DNA from: Spirochaetia bacterium
Lineage (GTDB): Bacteria; Spirochaetota; Spirochaetia; UBA9216
Reading direction: 5' to 3'
Assembly (NCBI GenBank): GCA_963677925.2
Contig: CAXXYH010000004.1
Coordinates: 128,001 to 192,000 of the forward strand
Length of the DNA stretch: 64,000 bases
The notes beneath the pieces are model-generated. The model worked only from the letters and a program-made list of their open reading frames with translations, ran no database searches and was not told the DNA's origin. A program made the translations under genes and the position numbers. This document shows, piece by piece, positions 48,725 through 57,536 of the stretch (positions within the stretch are counted from its first letter, which is position 1; each line of letters starts with the position of its first letter).

Positions 48725-49516
48725 TTAAATAAACCACTTCACAATATTATAGATACAGATACAGATTATTATCGCCATAACTACGCAGAAAAGCCTGTCC
48801 ACATCCTTGTGCGTCATTCTGCCCAGAAGCTTAGAACCTATCATCCCGCCGCTTATTCCGCCGACAATCATAAGCACAAGTGTAAGCAAATTGAACGGCG
48901 GAATATTACTGCCTGAGAATGTAAAGATTAAATTGGCGACCTGTGAGAAAAAGATAATATACAAAGAGGTAAGGGCCGCTCTTTTAGAATCCATTGCAAA
49001 GAAAAAATACAAAACTGCAAGGTTAATTGGACCTCCGCCTATGCCCAGAAAGCTGGCAAAACAGCCGAGAATAATCCCGGTAAGCAGGCAGAAGCCGCTG
49101 TTTTTAATGTGCAGCGGTTTAATCTTTTCTTTGTTAAGAGTGAAGACAAATACGCCAGCAGTCATCAGAAGAAGGAGTGAAGACTGAGTCACTCCGATTA
49201 CAAGCTCATTGCTGTGGGCCGCTTTTATCATATCAAAAAGAAACTTTCCGATAAGCCCGCCTACAATAGCTCCTGCGGCCATCTGCGAACCTATACGCTT
49301 GTCAAGTTTTATATCTGATTTACGGTTTCGAATAAGTGAAGATGCAGTCATAGATAAAACCGTACTTCCTGATAAGAAACCGACTGACGCAACACTCATC
49401 GGACTTATCAAATCCAGTAATGGCTTAATAATGACACCGCCGCCTATTCCGCTTATAGCACCAACAACTGATGCTATGATACTTATAAAAAAATAGATTA
49501 ATACAATTATACTCAT
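48725..49516 (-). CDS. TauE/SafE family membrane protein
   Basis: GAISGIGGGVIIKP, LGIGGGPIN, about 8 TM segments. Confidence 0.9.
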   Translation of the reverse strand: MSIIVLIYFFISIIASVVGAISGIGGGVIIKPLLDLISPMSVASVGFLSGSTVLSMTASSLIRNRKSDIKLDKRIGSQMAAGAIVGGLIGKFLFDMIKAAHSNELVIGVTQSSLLLLMTAGVFVFTLNKEKIKPLHIKNSGFCLLTGIILGCFASFLGIGGGPINLAVLYFFFAMDSKRAALTSLYIIFFSQVANLIFTFSGSNIPPFNLLTLVLMIVGGISGGMIGSKLLGRMTHKDVDRLFCVVMAIIICICIYNIVKWFI

Positions 49517-49557
49517 CTTTTAATTCCGGAGACAGTTTAGAGTATTATTGAAGTTTA

Positions 49558-51213
49558 TCAAAGCCTGGCCTCAAAAAGTGTTTCAACTTCTCCCTCGCAA
49601 AGTGCTGAATCAAAATAACTGAAATCATCAATGGCACCCTTGAAGTATGAGCTGTCGTAGTACCCTGTTCCGCCGAATATACAGGTGTCCGCACTGTAAA
49701 AGTATGAAGCATATGATTCATCTTCTTCAGCAAGTTCTCCGTCAAGATACAATTGCACCGATGATTCAGACTTTACCAGGCTGACCATATGCCAGAGGCC
49801 GTCGGAGAGTTCAGTATTTCCGCCTGCAGTTCGTGTCAGCTCGGGGCTTATACTGTCTGCATACAATTGAAGATCCAGCCCGGAATAAGAGTCATACCTG
49901 ACTGAAATTACAGCATCAGAATAGGCATCACAGCACTCAAAAACCAGGTAGTCTGTCTCACCTTCATAAGGCTTTATCCAGAAAACATATAAAAACTCAG
50001 GACTGTCCATCACACCAAGGGAATCATAAATTTCGAATGAGGCATATTCCCATAAGAACCAGAGCGCCGAATCAGTATAAGAGAACCGGTCATAAGTAAA
50101 ATCCATATTGTAATAATATTCTGTAAAATATCCGTAATCGGGGGTAAAATTGCCGTCAAAATCATATTGGAAAACAGTTTCTTCCATTATATCATCATAT
50201 AAATACATGATGTCACGCGCGGATATTACAATTCCGGAGGCTTCACTGAACTCCATAATGATGCTTTCATTATCGTCTGCATAGAAAATCAGATCGGAAA
50301 CTTCAGCATAGTCATCCCGCACCGTAAGGATATTTTGCGTATTTACGGACAATCTATAAGTTCGGGAAGCCCCTGCTTCAATATCAGAATAACCGATTTT
50401 AACCTCATCCATCTGCTGCTCTATAGGCTCACCATTCAGGTAGATTCTTACTATATACTCTTCAAGATTGTTAAATGTGAGAGATATTGATTTGACATTA
50501 GGGTCTCCGACAGCAGGTATTTCATGGCTTTTTCCTGCTTCATCTATGGTAAAGATAAATTCTTCAGACTTTTCAGCTGTAAGAACGGTTGTTCCGGCTA
50601 CACTTCCATTGCTGTAATATTTCCACAGAATATTAATTCTTCCGAAATCAACTTCAGTTGATACTCCCCGGTATTTATCATATGGGGAGAGAATGGCAAC
50701 CGGGGCAAAGGTTTCATCTCCATTAAGGTAACCTACAGCGTAATCCCAGTCTTTGGAGCCGGATTCAGGAGGATAAAAAATTATCTCTCCTGAATCTTCA
50801 GCAGTCGAAGACCCCGGAACCCACTCCCGTATTACTCCTGAACTATATAGTTTGGTAATCCAGCTGTAATCCGCATTTTCTACGTAAATGTCATCTTCAG
50901 AATCCACAGAAAATGCAGGAAGCAGCCAGAGGTTTTTCAACCCATCCGACTCCATTTTGATTTTTATCAGCAGATCACTCCCGGCTTTTACCGTTCCAAG
51001 GGCATCACCATTAACACAGAGGATATAATCTTCGCTTAGCTCCTCAGCATTAATCCTGAGGTTTCCATCATAACAGGATGAAAGAAATGGATATAGATAT
51101 GATGAAGTATCAGTTCCAGGCCCTGTTTCAGACATATCCATAAAAAAGCTGCATCCTGTTAGAAATGCTGTAACCAAAACTATATAAAGGATCTTCGGTT
51201 CTGCTGAGTTCAT
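49558..51213 (-). CDS. lipoprotein with C-terminal LamG-like jelly-roll domain
   Basis: Lipobox LTGC. C-terminal DGLWHMVSL..LYLDG..FKGAIDDF..FDSAL. Start set at MNSAEP with GGAGG RBS. Confidence 0.8.
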   Translation of the reverse strand: MNSAEPKILYIVLVTAFLTGCSFFMDMSETGPGTDTSSYLYPFLSSCYDGNLRINAEELSEDYILCVNGDALGTVKAGSDLLIKIKMESDGLKNLWLLPAFSVDSEDDIYVENADYSWITKLYSSGVIREWVPGSSTAEDSGEIIFYPPESGSKDWDYAVGYLNGDETFAPVAILSPYDKYRGVSTEVDFGRINILWKYYSNGSVAGTTVLTAEKSEEFIFTIDEAGKSHEIPAVGDPNVKSISLTFNNLEEYIVRIYLNGEPIEQQMDEVKIGYSDIEAGASRTYRLSVNTQNILTVRDDYAEVSDLIFYADDNESIIMEFSEASGIVISARDIMYLYDDIMEETVFQYDFDGNFTPDYGYFTEYYYNMDFTYDRFSYTDSALWFLWEYASFEIYDSLGVMDSPEFLYVFWIKPYEGETDYLVFECCDAYSDAVISVRYDSYSGLDLQLYADSISPELTRTAGGNTELSDGLWHMVSLVKSESSVQLYLDGELAEEDESYASYFYSADTCIFGGTGYYDSSYFKGAIDDFSYFDSALCEGEVETLFEARL

Positions 51214-51250
51214 ACTGCCTCCTGCCGTCCTGATATAAATAACTGCCGGT

Positions 51251-52225
51251 TTATAGTTCTGCAAGTCCGCCGGTTTCTGAAAAGATAAAGCTGAAAACAT
51301 CGCCGTCTTCGGCTGTAAAAGTGAAACTTGCCAGCTCCCCGGAATCTCCGGTGACTACAATGGTATTGCCGGCTTGAATTTCAAGCCCTTCAAAGGTCCT
51401 GCTTTCATAAGCATCCAGATATGAGTAACCCGCTTTAGAATCAGCCATGGAATCCTCTATCAGAGAACCGTTAAGATATATACTGATAATATAATTTTCA
51501 CTGTTGCTGATGCTCAGGCTCATCTCTGATTCGCTTTCCGATTCAAGGAGGGGCAGCTCAACAGTTTTAGACAGGTCGTCTTCAGTCAGGATAAACTCCT
51601 CGGTAATTTCAGAAATAAGTGCGGACTCCGAACTGTTTTCGGGATTGCTCTGATAAAATTTCCACGTAATCGAGGTTCTTCCGAACTCCAGATATGCCTC
51701 TACTCCTGATTTATCAGCAGGGCTTAGAACCGCTACAGGCAGATATGTATCATCATCATTTATATAACCGATAACATAATCCCATTCCTGAGATCCCATT
51801 GCATTGGGAATAAAGGTTACAAGCGAAGTATCGCTGCTGTTGTCTCCTCCGGGATTCCAGGATCTGACTTCCGAATCAACATAAAGCTTGGCAACCCAGC
51901 AGTACTGACAGTTTTCAATAATCAGATCAGCCTCGGAGGCAACAAGACTCACCGGAACAAGCCACAGGTTTTTAAGTGAATCTTCAAGAATCTCAATGCC
52001 GATTCGTACAATGATACCTGAGGGAACAACCCCTACCGCTTCACCGTCTGCACAAAGGACAAAGTCTTCTGACAAAGACAATGTTGAAATTTCAAGATTG
52101 CCATCCCGCTGATCTGCATCAAGAACTGCCAGCCCATCAATGTACGTCGGCTCTGTAAACAATTCACATCCGGAAAAGATTGCTGTACTAATCAAAACCA
52201 GTACCAAACTAAATAATTTATTCAT
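51251..52225 (-). CDS. lipoprotein, paralog of the N-terminal part of 49558..51213
   Basis: Lipobox FSGC. Shares blocks DGNL..LSED..LC..G, LKNLWL.P, WDY..GY.N. Start set at MNKLF with GGAGG RBS. Confidence 0.8.
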   Translation of the reverse strand: MNKLFSLVLVLISTAIFSGCELFTEPTYIDGLAVLDADQRDGNLEISTLSLSEDFVLCADGEAVGVVPSGIIVRIGIEILEDSLKNLWLVPVSLVASEADLIIENCQYCWVAKLYVDSEVRSWNPGGDNSSDTSLVTFIPNAMGSQEWDYVIGYINDDDTYLPVAVLSPADKSGVEAYLEFGRTSITWKFYQSNPENSSESALISEITEEFILTEDDLSKTVELPLLESESESEMSLSISNSENYIISIYLNGSLIEDSMADSKAGYSYLDAYESRTFEGLEIQAGNTIVVTGDSGELASFTFTAEDGDVFSFIFSETGGLAEL

Positions 52226-52418
52226 TTTTGAGTCCTCCAAACTAACTTATGAGATATTTAGTGGAGAAAGAGTGGAAAAACTTTCTGAATTTTGTGAATT
52301 TTTAAAAAATAAAAACTTTTCCTGACTGATTTTTTAATTGACAGCCTTAATATTCATGCCTATCATCTTAACTGGTTTGCTCAAACCGTATATTTTACAT
52401 GCACCCGGAGGTCCTGCT

Positions 52419-53516
52419 TTGAAAAAGCATATGATTTTAATGACTACAGGTATACTTGCCGCACTGACAATTTTTTCCTGCAGCTTTATCGGCGGGCAGT
52501 CCGGAGTAACCGGATTGTATCTCGGCATAGTAGCATTTAATAACGGAACCACTCCTATGAGTATAGGCCCCCTCAATTCCAATACAGATACATCATATAA
52601 AAGCTTTATTAACGCTCTTGAAATGGATGATTCAACTACAATGTACCATGCGATCAATGAAGCCATAGATATGCTTCAGGCTGCCTCGCTTCCTGATGAC
52701 GTAACAAGTGTAAACCTGATAACAGTTACAGACGGAGTTGATCAGGGCTCGTACGATTTAAATGCTGCTTATGACAATAATTCCGAGTACCTGGCAGCAA
52801 TCCAGGATCGTTTTGCCGATGAAACCGTTAACGGAATTAAAATAGATGCATATTCATGCGGTGTTGAAGGAAACTATCCGGGAACACCGGAATCCTTCGA
52901 ATCTTCACTTGAAAGTATTACAGCCAATAACGGTTATGACTTGTCAGGCTCTCTGGATACTATCATTTACCAGTTTCAGGCCCTCGTCGAACAGCTTTCA
53001 ACATCATCAAGCGCACAGAACATGTCGATTACCCTTCCAGCAGTGAACCCCAGTGATGTTGTTTGTTTCACATTTGACAGTTTATCACCTGTCACTTCAG
53101 CTCTGTATATACAAGGCACATTCAACAATTCCGCAGGAGTTTCCTCACTGACAGGCGTTACATATGGAGGAATGAGTTCAGGCAGCGGAACATCAATAAC
53201 AGGAACAAACGGCGACGGGGTTGAGAAAATCTTCAACTTTGAAAATATTGCACTTGATTCAGGAGACATGCTTGAAACAACCAATATCCAGCTTTGGCTT
53301 CGCGAATACAACGATGCTGACGGAACCTGGGGAGACTGGGTACAGCGCGGAGAATTCGATTCTGATAATGCAACACTGACGACTGTAACAAGCTCAAGCG
53401 CAGTGTTTGTATTTGTTCTGGATGCCAGCAGCTCCCTTGGAACAGATTTCAGCAGAATTCAGACCATGGCAAACGATACGATTGATACCATGATTGAAAG
53501 CTACAACTACGAATAA
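52419..53516 (+). CDS. lipoprotein with circularly permuted vWA domain
   Basis: Lipobox IFSC. Order is LGIVAFN, TTMYHAINEAI, ITVTDG, with the MIDAS VLDASSS at the extreme C-terminus. Start set at TTG 52419 with GGAGG RBS. Confidence 0.75.
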   Translation: MKKHMILMTTGILAALTIFSCSFIGGQSGVTGLYLGIVAFNNGTTPMSIGPLNSNTDTSYKSFINALEMDDSTTMYHAINEAIDMLQAASLPDDVTSVNLITVTDGVDQGSYDLNAAYDNNSEYLAAIQDRFADETVNGIKIDAYSCGVEGNYPGTPESFESSLESITANNGYDLSGSLDTIIYQFQALVEQLSTSSSAQNMSITLPAVNPSDVVCFTFDSLSPVTSALYIQGTFNNSAGVSSLTGVTYGGMSSGSGTSITGTNGDGVEKIFNFENIALDSGDMLETTNIQLWLREYNDADGTWGDWVQRGEFDSDNATLTTVTSSSAVFVFVLDASSSLGTDFSRIQTMANDTIDTMIESYNYE

Positions 53517-53531
53517 ATAAGGAATACAATT

Positions 53532-54155
53532 ATGCTTCGAAAACTTTCTCTGATTTTGTGTATTTTTTTTCTGACACAGTCCCTGTTTGCGCTGAACTTC
53601 ATTCGGGCGGCCTACCGTGAAACATACCGGAACTATGATTTCAACAGCAGTGAATCTGAATATGAAACTGAATCAACAAAAATCGGTGAACTTGGACTGA
53701 ATTATACCTATGTTGAAGATAATGGTATGTATTTAAGTACATCTATACTGCTTCCGGGAATTTATACACAGAAGATTGATGATACAGACACTGGTCTCAC
53801 AATATACGATGTAAGGGATTATAACGGACTAAGTATTGGTATCGACACCCTGTTCGGCTTTGGCGGCATTATGTATGACGATATTTTAACCTCAGCAGGC
53901 TTCGGTGCCCATTTGAACGGTACATCTATTAAAACATGGAACGATGAATACATCCATAGATATAACCTTGGATTCGGATTTGCAGCAGATATGATTTTTC
54001 TAATAAGTGATGCATTTAATCTGAATATAGGAGGCATGGTTGCCTGGGATTTAATAAGAATTGCTGAAGATCCTGTTATTACCGAAGATGCTGGCGCTTC
54101 AATTGGAACCGTATCCTGGAGTATTTATGCCGGTACAGGCTGGGGATATTATTAA
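53532..54155 (+). CDS. putative 8-stranded outer-membrane beta-barrel
   Basis: Signal peptide SLFA, alternating strands (LGLNYTY, YNLGFGFAAD), C-terminal AGTGWGYY. Confidence 0.7.
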   Translation: MLRKLSLILCIFFLTQSLFALNFIRAAYRETYRNYDFNSSESEYETESTKIGELGLNYTYVEDNGMYLSTSILLPGIYTQKIDDTDTGLTIYDVRDYNGLSIGIDTLFGFGGIMYDDILTSAGFGAHLNGTSIKTWNDEYIHRYNLGFGFAADMIFLISDAFNLNIGGMVAWDLIRIAEDPVITEDAGASIGTVSWSIYAGTGWGYY

Positions 54156-54231
54156 TTTTTAAAATTCGTGTAAAGATTTCATCTGCTTCTCCCACTAACT
54201 GAATTAACGAGAATAATTCAAGGAGAAACAG

Positions 54232-54927
54232 ATGAAAAAAATCATTTCAATACTGTTCCTGCTTTTAGCCGGAACCGCCCTTTTTGCTGATACAGTCAGC
54301 TGGTACACAAGCTACGACAAGGCGCTTGCCGCCGCAAAAAAAGAAAACAAAAATATATTTCTTCTTATTACCGCCCCCAGCTGGTGCGGATGGTGTGTCA
54401 AACTGGAAGAAAATGTACTGAGTAAATCAGACGTTCAGCAAGCCATAAGCAAAGACTACATCCCCTTAAAACTGCTCGATGAGATAAACGGGGTCCGTAA
54501 TCCGGAACTCTCCAATTTCAACTTCAGCGGATATCCTACGGTACGTATCTACAGCAAGGACGGGAATTTTGTACAGGATATATATTCCCAGGATAAAAAC
54601 AAAATGCTTGCATCATTGGACAGCTATAAAAATCCGGCAATCAGCAGCAATCAGGCCAAACCGGAAAAATTCATTGCCTACCCGAATTCAAACGGTGATA
54701 AGTGGGAATTTGAAAGCAGCGGCGACGGCTTCTGGTCTTTGACAGTCGGAGAAGATGAGGAAGTTCTGATGGAGTTTGAATCAGATAATGATTTTATCTA
54801 TCTTATGGACGGCAGCGGCATGTATGCCATAGCACTGCCGCTGAAAGGGAGCGACGGCGGTCTTGGAAGAGTTGGTGATGATGGTGTCGACTGGACAGTA
54901 TTGGCAGGATTTGAAAAAGTTGAATAA
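54232..54927 (+). CDS. exported thioredoxin-fold protein
   Basis: Signal peptide, W..YDKALAAAK..WCGWC, GYPT cis-Pro loop, plus an extra acidic C-terminal domain. Confidence 0.88.
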   Translation: MKKIISILFLLLAGTALFADTVSWYTSYDKALAAAKKENKNIFLLITAPSWCGWCVKLEENVLSKSDVQQAISKDYIPLKLLDEINGVRNPELSNFNFSGYPTVRIYSKDGNFVQDIYSQDKNKMLASLDSYKNPAISSNQAKPEKFIAYPNSNGDKWEFESSGDGFWSLTVGEDEEVLMEFESDNDFIYLMDGSGMYAIALPLKGSDGGLGRVGDDGVDWTVLAGFEKVE

Positions 54928-54952
54928 TTAAAGTCTATTAAAAATATCACTG

Positions 54953-54980
54953 AAGCAGGGCTTTTTTGTCCTGCTTTTTT
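54953..54980 (+). terminator. intrinsic terminator
   Basis: AAGCAGGGC-TTTTTT-GTCCTGCTTTTTT. Confidence 0.75.
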
Positions 54981-55059
54981 CTGTTTAAATCCGGCAGCTG
55001 ATTTATCAAAAAGAAGTAATTATGTAGTATAAGAGGACACAAAAGCACAGGAACCATAA

Positions 55060-56547
55060 TTGAAAGTTAAAAGAAGGATTTTGAAACCATACAGGTCCAA
55101 TATCGATATCACCCCCCTTATGATCGAAATTACAGTTTCGGTACTGGCCGGCTTTTTCCTCCTTTTCTGGGGGATGATTTTTTTCAGCAACACATTTTAT
55201 CAGCAGTCAAAGCTCACAAAACTTCGCAATACATTTATTGGAAATGCAGGCGATGAAGAAATATACAGGGATGTCACAATCTTATCACCTGACATTGATG
55301 ATACAATAATCAATAATGGTGAAAATGATTCATCCTATCTTCTGAAGTTTATCACTGATGCAGTTTCAGTATGTGCTGAATTCGCCCGAAACGGTTCACC
55401 TGACTCAATAATTGTTCTGGGTATTGATTATGCCATCGCCGGGGCTGATTTTTCAGACGAAGAACTCCGTCCGCTGGCAGATCTTATAGGCTCGCTCCCT
55501 CCGAACTTTCGTGTAGTTTTCGGAACCTTTCTTCTGGATTCACCGGGCGGTCCCGTTTCAGGAACCCAGCATCTGTTCAGCCGTATAGCCGGTCTTTCAA
55601 AAACGCCTGTTAGAACAGTTCCACATAGTACCCAGATTTACTTCGGATCAATTGAAACTCTGAATGCGACTGTTACAGCCGGCTTCGAAGGAGGCGGGGG
55701 ATATTCAATTGCAGCAGGATACCAGCCGCTGATACCAGTCAATTCAACCACTGTGGCAGCGGGAGCCTCTGTTAAAAGCGTATCGGCCTACCTTTCCTTT
55801 CCTTTGGCTATGTTTGCTGCTGGAGAGATAAATCCGCTTCAGTTCGGAGGGAATCCTTCAGAGTTCATACTTTCCGATTACGGTTCGGCCGCAGGCGCAG
55901 CACGGCGTCAAAGCGTTACTCTTTTTATATCTGAAGACGGAGCAGACTCTATCACAGTAATAGAAGAGAGAACTGGATATTCACGTGAGGAATTATCCGG
56001 TCCGGTATATTATGACATCAGAACTTCCAATGATACTGATGCAGTCCCCGGCCGTTTTTACTGGCTGTCGGATTTCCGGGCGCTTGTAAATAATGCCAAA
56101 CCCGGCGATAGCCAGGGAGTTAAGTACATTTTTGCAATCCCACCGCTTCTCCCGGCTTATTTTTCAGAAGCCGACAACGATCTGACCCTTACATCAGCCA
56201 GCGGAATCAATCGTTTTACCGGCGAATACACTCAGGTGCGTGGTGTCGTCAAACACATAACTGCTCTCTCAAATCTAAGAAACGCCCGGCGCCTGGTACA
56301 GAAACCGGGATGGTCTGTAATACTATCTGTTATTTTCGGAGCTGCGGTAATAGTTTTGTCTGCGGTTGCCCCTTCCTTTTTCCACAGCCTGCTGTGGACT
56401 TCAGGATTAATGGCAGCCTTTGTGCTAATTATTTTCACTGCATTTACTTTCGGGAATCTGATTTCCTGGAATTTAGGGCTTGGATTAATTCTGGGCGGCT
56501 TTATTATCATGAGCTTTATTCGACTGCTGGCAGCAGACCGGCAGTGA
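55060..56547 (+). CDS. CHASE2-like extracytoplasmic sensor membrane protein without cytoplasmic output domain
   Basis: N-terminal TM, VLGIDY..D..LA, SFPLA, and GVVKHITALSNL (cf. CHASE2 GVxxHAxxxxNL) followed by 3 TM segments, then stop. Confidence 0.6.
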   Translation: MKVKRRILKPYRSNIDITPLMIEITVSVLAGFFLLFWGMIFFSNTFYQQSKLTKLRNTFIGNAGDEEIYRDVTILSPDIDDTIINNGENDSSYLLKFITDAVSVCAEFARNGSPDSIIVLGIDYAIAGADFSDEELRPLADLIGSLPPNFRVVFGTFLLDSPGGPVSGTQHLFSRIAGLSKTPVRTVPHSTQIYFGSIETLNATVTAGFEGGGGYSIAAGYQPLIPVNSTTVAAGASVKSVSAYLSFPLAMFAAGEINPLQFGGNPSEFILSDYGSAAGAARRQSVTLFISEDGADSITVIEERTGYSREELSGPVYYDIRTSNDTDAVPGRFYWLSDFRALVNNAKPGDSQGVKYIFAIPPLLPAYFSEADNDLTLTSASGINRFTGEYTQVRGVVKHITALSNLRNARRLVQKPGWSVILSVIFGAAVIVLSAVAPSFFHSLLWTSGLMAAFVLIIFTAFTFGNLISWNLGLGLILGGFIIMSFIRLLAADRQ

Positions 56548-56594
56548 CTCTAAGATATAAAATTAATCATTACTATTAAATTGGGGGATACCTG

Positions 56595-57536
56595 ATGAAC
56601 AGCAAACGCTATTCCATTTTCACAATACTTCTTCTTTTATGTACAATTGGTATTACAGCACAAAACCAGCCTGTAGGAGTCATTCTGGAAACCGCAGGAG
56701 ATATACAGATCAGCAGTATCGACGGAAAACCCGAGGTCGCAAAACCGGGGCAGGAAGTATATCAGGACAGCCTGTTTTTTTCCAACTCATGGGAAGCATA
56801 TGCATTCGTAGTAGTTGGCAGCGCCTCTGATACCGGAGCTGACAGAAACATTGTTATTGAATATCTGCCGGCCTATCCGGACGGACTTGGAATCGAACTT
56901 ACGAATCTTCCAATTCTGAGCTCTGATAAATTACATAGTTATAAGGAAGCTCTTGGAGGAAAGACTCTTCGCAGCAGCGGTGAAATCAATATTCCTGAAG
57001 GAGTTCCCGAAGGAGCAATGCCGATCACTCCCGGAGGAATAGAATCGTTCTTTATGGATTCAATTAATTCAGGAATCAATCTGCTGTTCGGTCTTCCATC
57101 AGAAGGATTTAAGAGATCGGACTCAAATACCCGGTTATTTCCTGTTTCATCGCTGAGTGATGTAAAAGCAATCAGTTTATCATTCTCAGTTCCGGAAGAG
57201 GAAATCACTCCGGATAAAAAAGAGCAGCGGACATTTGCTCTTTCCCCCGCTGATAACGGCTTCTGGTCATTTCCTTTGAATTCTGAAACCCTTCCCGAAG
57301 GTTTTAAATCAATGGGCAACCTGATACTGCTGCTTAATGTATCAAACTCTGACGGAAGCGGCCAGGACTTGTGGCTGAATGTCAGAATTGCATCAAACAG
57401 CTATCTCGACTTTCTAAAGATGTCTATACAGAGGTCAACTTCAGACCCGGTCCAGCAGTCAACCAGACTGAACGCAGCACTTCTCAGTGAAGGCTTCAGA
57501 TATGCAGTAGAAAACGGAGTAGTGATTGCCGACTAA
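56595..57536 (+). CDS. exported protein with FecR-like N-terminal domain
   Basis: Signal peptide. VGVILETAGDIQI..AKPGQEVYQDSLF resembles FecR-type beta domains. Overlaps the next gene by 11 bp. Confidence 0.55.
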   Translation: MNSKRYSIFTILLLLCTIGITAQNQPVGVILETAGDIQISSIDGKPEVAKPGQEVYQDSLFFSNSWEAYAFVVVGSASDTGADRNIVIEYLPAYPDGLGIELTNLPILSSDKLHSYKEALGGKTLRSSGEINIPEGVPEGAMPITPGGIESFFMDSINSGINLLFGLPSEGFKRSDSNTRLFPVSSLSDVKAISLSFSVPEEEITPDKKEQRTFALSPADNGFWSFPLNSETLPEGFKSMGNLILLLNVSNSDGSGQDLWLNVRIASNSYLDFLKMSIQRSTSDPVQQSTRLNAALLSEGFRYAVENGVVIAD

